From contig OZ239628.1 in the NCBI GenBank assembly GCA_965195345.1, positions 480,001-544,000 on the forward strand: DNA of 64,000 nt, written 5' to 3'. Origin of the DNA: an uncultured Thiomicrospira sp. Lineage in GTDB: Bacteria > Pseudomonadota > Gammaproteobacteria > CAKMZV01. Below, piece by piece: positions 9,090-17,957 of this stretch. A model generated the notes under the pieces. It made no database searches. It was not told the origin of the DNA and was given only the letters and a program-made list of their open reading frames with translations. Both the position numbers and the translations under genes were made by a program. The first letter of the stretch is position 1; every line of letters starts with the position of its first letter.

Positions 9090-9638
9090 TTATTCAGACT
9101 TTTCGCCACCGCATTTGCCTTCACCGCATTTGCCTTCTTCAGACTTTTCGCCGCCGCATTTGCCTTCGCCGCATTTGCCTTCTTCAGACTTTTCGCCGCC
9201 GCATTTGCCTTCGCCGCATTTGCCTTCTTCAGACTTTTCGCCGCCGCATTTGCCTTCGCCGCATTTGCCTTCTTCAGACTTTTCGCCGCCGCATTTGCCT
9301 TCACCGCATTTGCCTTCTTCAGACTTTTCGCCGCCGCATTTGCCTTCACCGCATTTGCCTTCTTCAGACTTTTCGCCGCCGCATTTGCCTTCGCCGCATT
9401 TGCCTTCTTCAGACTTTTCGCCGCCACATTTGCCTTCGCCGCATTTGCCTTCTTCAGACTTTTCGCCGCCGCATTTGCCTTCGCCGCATTTGCCTTCTTC
9501 AGTTTTGTTTCCAAATGCTACTTCGTAGCCAGAAGAAAGTTCATTCATTTCAAAAGTTGCTTGATCTGCAAGTGCAACTGTTGCCGCAATAGAAGAACCT
9601 GCCATTAGAAAGGAAGAAATTACAGTAGTCTTTTTCAT
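9090..9638 (-). CDS. Exported MNIO-modified RiPP precursor, HvfA/oxazolin (BufA2)-type, with 9 x EEGKCGEGKCGGEKS
   Basis: GGAGG RBS before ATG 9638; Sec signal MKKTT...VALA; 18 EGKCG motifs; adjacent DUF692 and DUF2063 genes. Confidence 0.9.
   Translation of the reverse strand: MKKTTVISSFLMAGSSIAATVALADQATFEMNELSSGYEVAFGNKTEEGKCGEGKCGGEKSEEGKCGEGKCGGEKSEEGKCGEGKCGGEKSEEGKCGEGKCGGEKSEEGKCGEGKCGGEKSEEGKCGEGKCGGEKSEEGKCGEGKCGGEKSEEGKCGEGKCGGEKSEEGKCGEGKCGGEKSE
9096..9500. repeat. 45-bp tandem repeat, 9 copies, coding
   Basis: Unit AGACTTTTCGCCGCCGCATTTGCCTTCGCCGCATTTGCCTTCTTC with few substitutions. Confidence 0.97.
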
Positions 9639-9837
9639 GTTGAACACCTCCAAATGTGTTTTCTTTAAATTTTCAGATTCTCTAAATTGGTAGAATCTTG
9701 GGGCTAATTATAAGCGTTTTCAAAATTCAATATTGAATCGTTTCGTGAGTTTTAATACGTTTTGTTTGCAGGTATCCCTTTTATTTTCAAATTAAATTTG
9801 ATATTTTTTCATCTGCGCGACAAATTAAGTGCTACTG

Positions 9838-10602
9838 CTAATTGGTTATTGGAATTCCTAACACCATACCATCCTTCATGCCTTTAAGGAGTAGGGGAAT
9901 GATTTGAGTTTCTAATTCTGCGCTTGTTTTGTTAAAGTTTTCAGCTAACACTTCAATCGCTTGTTTCGTTGTCATATCAGGATTGTTCTTTATTAAATCC
10001 CAGAAAATAGCAGTGAATGAGTTGACAGCAATAAAGCAAACTTTGTTGCTATGATTGCGATAAAGAATAAGAAATGTTTCTGCTGGCTCAATTGAATCTG
10101 CATTTTTTGCAGTTATGTGTTGGACAGGGTATGTGTAATGTTCGATGAGCATAACAGAGTTAAGCAACAAAGGGCTGTTAAGAAGCTTTTCGTCATTATG
10201 AGAAATTAAATGTTCGGGGACTTCTGGGTCTTCATGTATCATCAAATACAGTTCAAGCCATTCGTATCGAGCTAATTGCTCAAAGAAGCCATGCACACCG
10301 TCTTGAGGATGCTTTGCTATAAAGTCAAGAAAAGCTTTGGGGATTTGTCGGAAGTATGGCGAATGGTTTTCATACGTGGAGAAGAATGCTCTAACCATTT
10401 CTCGAATTCTATTCTCACCATAAATGCTAGTAATTACGGGGAAGGTGTTGACAATAAAATTGACTTGATTGTTGAAAAAAAGATCTCGGTAGATAGAGAG
10501 CCTTCGATCTTCAAGGTTTTCTGGTGCGGGATTGTTTTCGGGGTCACGAATGTGTGCTGCAAAGTTGTATTGCAACTGTCGAAAGTCAGAAGTCTTCGTC
10601 AT
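9838..10602 (-). CDS. DUF2063 MNIO partner protein (HvfC/BufC-like)
   Basis: FAAHIRDP, RRLSIYRDLFFNN, SPYF...F..F and EQLARYEWLEL; overlaps the DUF692 stop. Confidence 0.88.
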   Translation of the reverse strand: MTKTSDFRQLQYNFAAHIRDPENNPAPENLEDRRLSIYRDLFFNNQVNFIVNTFPVITSIYGENRIREMVRAFFSTYENHSPYFRQIPKAFLDFIAKHPQDGVHGFFEQLARYEWLELYLMIHEDPEVPEHLISHNDEKLLNSPLLLNSVMLIEHYTYPVQHITAKNADSIEPAETFLILYRNHSNKVCFIAVNSFTAIFWDLIKNNPDMTTKQAIEVLAENFNKTSAELETQIIPLLLKGMKDGMVLGIPITN

Positions 10603-11474
10603 ACGTTTACAACAATAGGTTGGTCTGCCTGTAAGTGCTTTCTTTGCAAATCATTTATAACGTTTATTTCTTTGAGCAATGTTTCTAAATTAGGAATGTT
10701 GAAGTCGCGTTCAAGCAGTGTCGGATGTACTCCGAAAAGATCATATGCACTATCGAGTAGATCCCAAACGGGATCAATTACATCGGCGCCATGTGTATCA
10801 ACGATCAGATCTTCGGCCTCTTGGTAGTGTCCAGCAACATGGATGTAGGCGATGCGATCGCCATTGATTCCTTTGAGGAATTCAAGCCCATCGTAACGAT
10901 GATTTACTGAATTAACATAGATATTATTAACGTCTAACAGCATGAGGCAGTCGGCTTCTTCAAGAACGCCATTGATGAAGTCTATTTCTTTTATTTGCTG
11001 ACCAGGTGCTGCGTAATAAGAGACATTCTCGATGGCAATTTGACGCCCCATGATATCCTGTGCAACCCGAATGCGTGATGCCACGTGTTTTATGGCTTCT
11101 TCGGTGAATGGTATTGGCATTAAATCATAAAGATGCGCATTGTCAGTACAGAAACTTAAGTGTTCACTGAAAAAGTTCACTTTGTTTTTATCAAGAAATT
11201 TTGCCACGTCGGAAACAAATTTTTTGTCCAAAGGATTTGGTCCGCCAAGAGACATAGACAGTCCATGGCAAACAAACTGATAGTTTTCTGTAAACCAAGC
11301 AAATTGTTCGCCTAATCGCCCACCTATGTTCATCCAATTCTCAGGTGCTACTTCAAGAAATCCCACCCCTTTAGGCATATCTTTGCGCATTGGTCGAAGC
11401 ATTTCTTGACGCAAACCAAGTCCTGCGCCGTTGAGATTGGAAAGGGCTGAATTTTTATGTTGTTGTTTCTTCAT
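10599..11474 (-). CDS. DUF692 multinuclear non-heme iron oxidative enzyme (HvfB/BufB-like)
   Basis: GLGLR, EVAPENW, HGLSMSLG, SEHLS, ENVSYY, LDVNNIYVN, HVAGH, DTHG, LLERD. Confidence 0.95.
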   Translation of the reverse strand: MKKQQHKNSALSNLNGAGLGLRQEMLRPMRKDMPKGVGFLEVAPENWMNIGGRLGEQFAWFTENYQFVCHGLSMSLGGPNPLDKKFVSDVAKFLDKNKVNFFSEHLSFCTDNAHLYDLMPIPFTEEAIKHVASRIRVAQDIMGRQIAIENVSYYAAPGQQIKEIDFINGVLEEADCLMLLDVNNIYVNSVNHRYDGLEFLKGINGDRIAYIHVAGHYQEAEDLIVDTHGADVIDPVWDLLDSAYDLFGVHPTLLERDFNIPNLETLLKEINVINDLQRKHLQADQPIVVNV

Positions 11475-11605
11475 TAGGGTACGCTCTATCTGTTATCAAT
11501 GATTTTACAAATTTTTAACTAGTATAACTTAATTTGATTTAAAAAAATACGTCCATTTTCAGTATATCCCTGCATGTCAAAACAATAAAAGCAGGTGCAA
11601 ATTTT

Positions 11606-11627
11606 ATACTGAGACAATACTGAGACA
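11606..11627. repeat. Perfect 11-bp tandem direct repeat in a divergent intergenic region
   Basis: ATACTGAGACA-ATACTGAGACA. Confidence 0.7.
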
Positions 11628-11857
11628 AATGGATTCAAAGAATCTGTATTCGATTAATCTAACTGCTTAAAAAGCCAGATTGTGTTCCAAGAATGGGGCT
11701 AACAGAATGCTTTCATACAGCACATGATAAAACGGCAAGTATCAAAATATACGCGTATGTACCAAGCATAAAAGCTGTTATAATCTGAAAGAACTTAGTC
11801 TGTAGGGCTTTGGGCGTGGTGGTCTTGTGTCTTAATATTTAATTAGGGAGTAGTGTT

Positions 11858-13366
11858 TTGGAATGGTTTAATGATCTATTAATTGCATCAAATGTAATAG
11901 TAACTGTACTTGTTAAGTTATTTGGGTTTGTCGTCGGCTTGGTCGTCTTAGCGATTGTGGTCGTTTTTATTCGAGATGTTACGCAAACACAGCAAGCTAT
12001 CAGACGAAATTATCCGGTTGTGGCGCATTTTCGCTACTTTTTTGAAGCGTTAGGTAAATTTTTCCGACAGTACTTTTTTGCAATGGATAGGGAAGAAATG
12101 CCTTTTAATCGCTCACATCGTACTTGGGTTTACCAAGCGTCAAAGAACGTTGATACTACTCAAGCTTTTGGTTCAACACGCAATATTCATGAGGAAAATG
12201 CTATTTTGTTTGTTAATTCAGCCTATCCTTCATTGAAGCCTTCAGTAGATGCACGACCCTGCACTTTAGGAGAAGGTTACTGTAAATATCCTTTTGAAGC
12301 CAAATCGGCATTTAATATTTCTGGTATGAGTTATGGTGCTCTATCAAAGCCTGCTGTTTTAGCGCTGTCTAATGGTGCGCGCAAAGCAGGATGTTGGCAA
12401 AACACAGGAGAGGGAGGGTTGTCTCCTTACCACATTGAAGGCGGTGCAGATATTGTTTTTCAAATAGGGACAGCAAAGTATGGGTGTCGTGATAGTGAAG
12501 GAAATTTGAGCGATGAAAAATTAATGGGCTTGGCAAGTAATGAAAAAGTTCGTATGTTTGAAATCAAACTGTCGCAAGGAGCTAAACCTGGCAAGGGAGG
12601 GATACTTCCAGCGGTGAAGGTTAATGAGGAGATTGCTGAGATTAGAGGTATTCCAATTCATACAGATTCGATTAGCCCTAATAGGCATTTAGACATTGAG
12701 AGTGTTGATCAATTGCTTGATATGATTATGCGTGTTCGTAAAGTAACTGAAAAGCCTGTAGGATTTAAAGCAGTAATGGGTGATGAGTTTTGGATAGATG
12801 AAGTGTGTCAAAGAATCGTTGAACGCGGATTGGATTCTGCTCCAGATTTTGTGACAATAGATAGCGCAGATGGTGGAACAGGTGCAGCCCCATTGAGTTT
12901 GATTGATTATGTTGGTATGCCTATTTCAGATTCTTTACCGATAGTGGTCAATGTTATTGAAAAACATAAGTTACGGGATCGGATAAAGGTGATTTGCTCA
13001 GGTAAGCTTATTACTCCTGCAGATGCTACATGGGCATTGTGTGCGGGGGCAGATTTCGTAGTATCAGCGCGTGGTTTTATGTTTTCTCTTGGTTGTATAC
13101 AAGCACTGCATTGCAATCGCAATACTTGCCCAACAGGCATAACTACCCACAAAAAACATCTACAACGAGGGCTAGTTCCTATGGAAAAAGCGGAAAGGGT
13201 TGCAAATTATGTCAAAAACATGACATACGAGATGCAAGTCATCGCTCATTCATGTGGCGTTGATGATATGCGTGATTTAAAGAGACATCATTGCAGGATT
13301 GTTCAACAGAATGGACGTTCAATCCGTATGGATGAAATTTATTCACCTATTAAATTAGCGTCTTAG
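11858..13366 (+). CDS. Membrane-anchored FMN-binding glutamate synthase family protein (stand-alone)
   Basis: N-terminal TM helix; SGMSYGALS, NTGEGG, EIKLSQGAKPGKGG, DGGTGAAP; Cys motif CIQALHCNRNTCPTG. Confidence 0.88.
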   Translation: MEWFNDLLIASNVIVTVLVKLFGFVVGLVVLAIVVVFIRDVTQTQQAIRRNYPVVAHFRYFFEALGKFFRQYFFAMDREEMPFNRSHRTWVYQASKNVDTTQAFGSTRNIHEENAILFVNSAYPSLKPSVDARPCTLGEGYCKYPFEAKSAFNISGMSYGALSKPAVLALSNGARKAGCWQNTGEGGLSPYHIEGGADIVFQIGTAKYGCRDSEGNLSDEKLMGLASNEKVRMFEIKLSQGAKPGKGGILPAVKVNEEIAEIRGIPIHTDSISPNRHLDIESVDQLLDMIMRVRKVTEKPVGFKAVMGDEFWIDEVCQRIVERGLDSAPDFVTIDSADGGTGAAPLSLIDYVGMPISDSLPIVVNVIEKHKLRDRIKVICSGKLITPADATWALCAGADFVVSARGFMFSLGCIQALHCNRNTCPTGITTHKKHLQRGLVPMEKAERVANYVKNMTYEMQVIAHSCGVDDMRDLKRHHCRIVQQNGRSIRMDEIYSPIKLAS

Positions 13367-13423
13367 TTTATTTAGAAGTTGGTGGTTTTTTTAGTTAGAA
13401 ATTGAAAAATTGGAGAAAAGTTT

Positions 13424-14002
13424 ATGAATGTTTTGATTGGTATGCAGGAAATGTTAGATCGCTTGAAGGTACTTGATTTTTTAGCTCCTTTAATGATGAG
13501 ATTATATTTGGCCCCTGTTTTTTGGTTTGCTGGATACAATAAGTTTCAAGGGTTTAGCGGAGTTGTTGCCTGGTTTGATAGGGGGCTTGGGCTTCCATTG
13601 CCAGAAGTAATGGCATTTCTAGCTACTGCTACAGAACTGTTGGGAGCTGCAATGTTGCTTGCTGGATTTGGAGTGCGTTGGGTTTCTGTTCCTTTGATGA
13701 TTACAATGTTAGTGGCTATTTTTGCGGTTCATTGGAACAATGGGTGGCAAGCGGTACTCGACCCTCAATCACCATGGGCTCCTGAGTATGCGGCTGATGG
13801 CATTGCTCGTTTGAGTAGAGGTAAAGATATACTGAGAGAACATGGTAATTACGATTGGCTAACTGAATACGGAAGTTATGTGGTTTCTAACAACGGAATA
13901 GAGTGGGGCGCTACTTATTTTATAATGTTGTTGGCATTGTTCTTTATGGGTTCTGGTGCTATTAGTATTGATGCTTTGGTACGAAGAATATTTATGCGTT
14001 AG
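13424..14002 (+). CDS. DoxX-family membrane protein of the long type found with MNIO clusters (HvfX-like)
   Basis: RLYLAPVFW, GLGLPLPE, VAIFAVHWNNGW, LREHGNYDWLTE, NNGIEW. Confidence 0.85.
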   Translation: MNVLIGMQEMLDRLKVLDFLAPLMMRLYLAPVFWFAGYNKFQGFSGVVAWFDRGLGLPLPEVMAFLATATELLGAAMLLAGFGVRWVSVPLMITMLVAIFAVHWNNGWQAVLDPQSPWAPEYAADGIARLSRGKDILREHGNYDWLTEYGSYVVSNNGIEWGATYFIMLLALFFMGSGAISIDALVRRIFMR

Positions 14003-14010
14003 TTTGAAAA

Positions 14011-14520
14011 GTGCTCCAAGATCAGTTATTAAAATATTTTAAAGAGACGCCCGATTTTCCTAAACCAGGAATTGTTTTTCAGGACTTTAGTCCGCTGTTG
14101 AGAGACAACTTGACATTGTGTGTCGACGCTTTGCAGGCATTATTTGATGATGAAGAGTGGCAACGGGTTGACTTTTTAGTTGGTGTTGAGTCTCGAGGAT
14201 TTATTTTAGCCAGTGCGCTAGCAAATCGGCTTGAAAAAGGATTGGTGCTGGCTAGAAAAGCTGGGAAATTACCTCAGCCTGCAGATAGAGTAGCATACTA
14301 TTTGGAGTATGGGGAGGCTGTATTAGAGATGAATGCTGGAGAAGGACAGAATGTACTCATCGTGGATGACGTTCTGGCTACAGGTGGTACACTAGAAGCA
14401 GCGTTTCAGTTGTGTGAAAAAGTTGGATATATACCCGTTGGGGCAGCTCTGTTGATGGATTTAAATTTGCCTGTACGCTCTACTTTAAATCGAGATTATA
14501 GATCTGCCATTAAAATGTAG
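14011..14520 (+). CDS. apt: Adenine phosphoribosyltransferase
   Basis: PDFPKPGIVFQD, ESRGF, RKAGKLP, YYLEYG, PRPP motif VDDVLATGGT. Confidence 0.93.
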   Translation: MLQDQLLKYFKETPDFPKPGIVFQDFSPLLRDNLTLCVDALQALFDDEEWQRVDFLVGVESRGFILASALANRLEKGLVLARKAGKLPQPADRVAYYLEYGEAVLEMNAGEGQNVLIVDDVLATGGTLEAAFQLCEKVGYIPVGAALLMDLNLPVRSTLNRDYRSAIKM

Positions 14521-14532
14521 GAGTTTTAAGTT

Positions 14533-15054
14533 ATGCCGATGTTAGATAGTTTTAAGGTAGACCACACAAAGATGATTGCCCCTGCTTTACGTGTGGCTAA
14601 AAGTATGATATCACCTTCTGGAGACGAAATTACAGTTTATGATTTGCGCTTTACGCGACCCAATCATGATATGTTATCGGTTTTGGGTATTCATACGTTG
14701 GAACATTTATTTGCTGGAATGATGCGCAAACATCTGAATGATAAAAGTATTGATATCATAGATCTCTCTCCAATGGGCTGTCGAACAGGTTTCTATATGA
14801 GCTTGATTGGGACGCCTGAAAATCATCAAGTTATTGAGGCTTGGAAAAAATCGATGCAAGATGTGTTGTTAGTGGAAAAACAAGAAGACATCCCTGAATT
14901 AAATATTTATCAATGTGGCTCTTATAAAATGCATTCTCTTGCTGATGCCAAGTCTATAGCGCAAGAGGTTCTCGATTCAGGTATTGGTATTAATGATAAT
15001 GATGCTTTATCCTTAAGTGAAGCGCAACTAATAGAGCTGGGGAATGATGTTTAA
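14533..15054 (+). CDS. luxS: S-ribosylhomocysteine lyase
   Basis: [30 protein letters not shown]. Confidence 0.97.
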   Translation: MPMLDSFKVDHTKMIAPALRVAKSMISPSGDEITVYDLRFTRPNHDMLSVLGIHTLEHLFAGMMRKHLNDKSIDIIDLSPMGCRTGFYMSLIGTPENHQVIEAWKKSMQDVLLVEKQEDIPELNIYQCGSYKMHSLADAKSIAQEVLDSGIGINDNDALSLSEAQLIELGNDV

Positions 15055-15737
15055 TGGCTATATTAATCATAGCGGCTCTTGAAGAGGAAACGCAAGCTTT
15101 TTTTGAGGTAATAGAGGATAGAAACGCATTTTTTGTGCTGGGCAGTCCAGTATCTACAGGCAAAATTAATAATAAAAAAGTGGTTGTAGCACAGTGCGGA
15201 GTGGGTAAAGTAAACGCAGCAGCTTTGACTGCCTCGTTAATTGAGCGATTTGAAATAACTTTAATCATTAATACTGGTTGTGCGGGCGGAGTGCACGAAA
15301 AGGTTTCAATAGGAGACGTAGTCGTTGCAGATAAATTATTCCAGCATGACGTTGATGTTCAAGCTCTAGGGTATGAAAAAGGTTTCGTTCCAGGAACAGG
15401 TAAAACATTTTTTGCGGATCGCAATACGTCGGAACTGTTGTTTGCGCATGCTGCAAAACTTTTTAAGGCGCATCGCGGTGGCATAGCGTCGGGTGATCAG
15501 TTTGTCTCCACTTCTGCAATGTTAGAACCACTGAGTGCAGAGAAGGATTTATATGCAGTTGAAATGGAAGGTGCAGCGATTGCTCATGTGGCGTTTTTGG
15601 ATAAATGCCCATGTGCAGTTATTCGAGCTATATCTGATAAAGCAGATTCAGATGCCCAAGAAGACTTTCCTTCATTTGTAAGTCGCGTCAGTCAAAAGTC
15701 AGCAAAAGTAGTAATTGATACAATAAATGATCTTTAG
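15054..15737 (+). CDS. mtnN: 5'-methylthioadenosine/S-adenosylhomocysteine nucleosidase
   Basis: GVGKVNAA, NTGCAGG, SGDQF, EMEGAA, RAISD. Confidence 0.93.
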   Translation: MAILIIAALEEETQAFFEVIEDRNAFFVLGSPVSTGKINNKKVVVAQCGVGKVNAAALTASLIERFEITLIINTGCAGGVHEKVSIGDVVVADKLFQHDVDVQALGYEKGFVPGTGKTFFADRNTSELLFAHAAKLFKAHRGGIASGDQFVSTSAMLEPLSAEKDLYAVEMEGAAIAHVAFLDKCPCAVIRAISDKADSDAQEDFPSFVSRVSQKSAKVVIDTINDL

Positions 15738-15803
15738 TTGCTGCGGGACTAATAAAACAAAGAGCGTTATAGCTATTTATAAACATTATTCATTCAAATA
15801 ATT

Positions 15804-17888
15804 ATGGGAAAAGTAAAGTACAAAAAGCATCAAACTGAATTAAAAGCTAACCACAATAGGCTAGACGGTGATATTTCAGATTCTAAAAAGATGCCGAACA
15901 GCAATGATTCAGGGGAACTTGTTTTTTCTCAAAGAGCACCAGCCATCGGAAAGTTGTGGATTATAGGAATGTGTGCAGCTTTGTTTGCTCCAACCTTATT
16001 TGCCCCACTTTTTACAAAATATGGTTATTCTCCAGATCTTCATATGTCATTTATGATTCAGGTAAGCATGTTGACACTTGCTAGCATATTTTTTTTGGGG
16101 CACATAAAACAAAGAGAGATTGTATTTGTTAAAAACCCTCTTATTTTACCTGTCTTGCTATTCTATGGTTGGGCATTGATTTCGATTTTTTGGGCACACA
16201 ATCGATTTGAAAGTATGATCTCATTGCTTGACTGGGGAGCTGGGGTTGTTGGGTTTTTATTGATTTCTAATGCTTTGCGCAAACCCGAAGACACACGAAT
16301 TATTGTTCAGGCTATCTTTTTAACTGGAGTGCTTTTGGGATTTTTGGGTTGGAACCAATATTTGCTTGGTGTCACTTGGGTTCAACAACATGCTCCTCCA
16401 TCGGCAACGTTCAATAATAAAAATATGGCGGCTCAGTACGGGGTTTTAGTCATGCCGTTAGGGATAGGATTATTTTTATCAGCTCGTGAACGATTTTCTT
16501 ATTGGGCTTATGCTATCGGGACGGCAATTGTTTTCGTATTCGTAATGTACACGTTTACTCGTAATGCATATCTAAACCTTATTGGTGTATTTTCCGCTTT
16601 AACTGTTTTTCTAATTGTTGATAAGTTAAGGGGTACAGCGGAACACTTCTCGCGAGAAAAGAAGATGGTGGCGCTTTTGGCAGTGCTTCTGGCTTTTTTC
16701 ATGCTAATGTTGGGACCTTCACAAAGCGGTGGCATTAGTTGGTATGGATTAGATGCGTACGTAAACTATAATGAACGTTTTCAAAGCATTGGCCCTGCAG
16801 CTAAGCTTGATGGAACAGGCGTTCCTAGAATTGCTATGTGGTTTAATTCTTTGGAAATGATTAAAGAGCACCCTCTTTTAGGCGTTGGAATGGGAAATTG
16901 GATGGTCTATTATCCTCTGTATCAAACTTCCTCTATCATTGATTTTGAAATGTCTGAGGCAATTCAGCATATTAATGCGCACAATGATTATGTGGAAATA
17001 TTATCCGATTTGGGAATAATTGGTTTTTCTTTTCTTTTATTTCTCGGTGTTAGATTGTTTTGGACAGCTATTAAAACTTTTTATGGACGATGGGATAATA
17101 ATCCTAATAGATATTTAGTATTAGGGGTTTTATTAGGTTGCATGGGTATCGGTATTAATGCATTTTTCAGTTTTCCATTCAAGCAACCTGCCCCTATTAT
17201 GGTTTTTCTTGCGTATTTAGGTATTCTTGCGGTGGAATATTCACGTGTAACAGACGCAAAACTTTGGAGATTTAAGGCGGCCTCAAGAGCAGCAGCTGTG
17301 GGAATGGTATTGTCTATTCTTACTGTCAGTGTATTTGTTGTACACTACCAGTGGAATGAATCTGAAATACATTTTCGTAAAGCAACTATAGCATCTCATC
17401 AGAAAAAATATCATGAGATGAAGCGTGAAGGTCAGCTCTCTCACGATGCAATGCCTTTAAGAAATAGGATGTATAACTTTATTGGGATGGGGCATTTGCG
17501 CACGGGCAATGCAGAAGCTGCAGCCAAATACTTGGAATTGGTGAAGAAAAGCTATCCAAATCGGAATAATACTTTACAAAATCTTGGGTATATTTACTTG
17601 GAATTAGCTGAAGATGCTCGTCGTAAAAACGATGCTGTCAAATATAAGTCTTTTTTAGAAAAAGCCCTTGAAAATTTCACTCATATGGTGGATATACGAC
17701 CAGATAGTTATCGAGCCCATCGTAATCTTGGAATTACATATGTTCGATTAAATCAGCCGAAACCAGCGTACATTCATCTTGAAACATCTGTTGCTATTGA
17801 ACGTGCTAATGGTAATTTAAATGCAGGAAATGGGAGCATTAATAACTTGATTCAGCAACTTAAGACGCAAGTGAAAGCCAAAGGATGA
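15804..17888 (+). CDS. O-antigen ligase (Wzy_C) family membrane protein with C-terminal TPRs
   Basis: Many TM helices; TFNNKN, RIAMW...PLLGVGMGNW, AHNDYVE; TPR-like helices at the C-terminus. Confidence 0.82.
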   Translation: MGKVKYKKHQTELKANHNRLDGDISDSKKMPNSNDSGELVFSQRAPAIGKLWIIGMCAALFAPTLFAPLFTKYGYSPDLHMSFMIQVSMLTLASIFFLGHIKQREIVFVKNPLILPVLLFYGWALISIFWAHNRFESMISLLDWGAGVVGFLLISNALRKPEDTRIIVQAIFLTGVLLGFLGWNQYLLGVTWVQQHAPPSATFNNKNMAAQYGVLVMPLGIGLFLSARERFSYWAYAIGTAIVFVFVMYTFTRNAYLNLIGVFSALTVFLIVDKLRGTAEHFSREKKMVALLAVLLAFFMLMLGPSQSGGISWYGLDAYVNYNERFQSIGPAAKLDGTGVPRIAMWFNSLEMIKEHPLLGVGMGNWMVYYPLYQTSSIIDFEMSEAIQHINAHNDYVEILSDLGIIGFSFLLFLGVRLFWTAIKTFYGRWDNNPNRYLVLGVLLGCMGIGINAFFSFPFKQPAPIMVFLAYLGILAVEYSRVTDAKLWRFKAASRAAAVGMVLSILTVSVFVVHYQWNESEIHFRKATIASHQKKYHEMKREGQLSHDAMPLRNRMYNFIGMGHLRTGNAEAAAKYLELVKKSYPNRNNTLQNLGYIYLELAEDARRKNDAVKYKSFLEKALENFTHMVDIRPDSYRAHRNLGITYVRLNQPKPAYIHLETSVAIERANGNLNAGNGSINNLIQQLKTQVKAKG

Positions 17889-17957
17889 TTGTTCCTTGTA
17901 AATTCAAACTTTTTAAGTAATTGTAACTCGGAGTTGTTTTAATCTATATTGACTTGT

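Noticed and set aside
9096-9500. Possible CRISPR array
   Set aside because: Repeats are contiguous with no unique spacers, are coding, and no cas genes are present.
9073-9528. ORFs 9073..9528 (+, SPPHLP repeats) and 9080..9514 (-, KANAA repeats)
   Set aside because: Shadow frames of the 45-bp repeat. Only the EGKCG frame has an RBS, a signal peptide and matching maturase genes.
11680-11710. Faint resemblance to a dus-gene 5' attachment fragment
   Set aside because: The match is too short and needs gaps; no integrase nearby.
11858-13366. Calling this gltB
   Set aside because: Only the FMN/Fe-S domain is present; there is no amidotransferase domain and no gltD neighbour.
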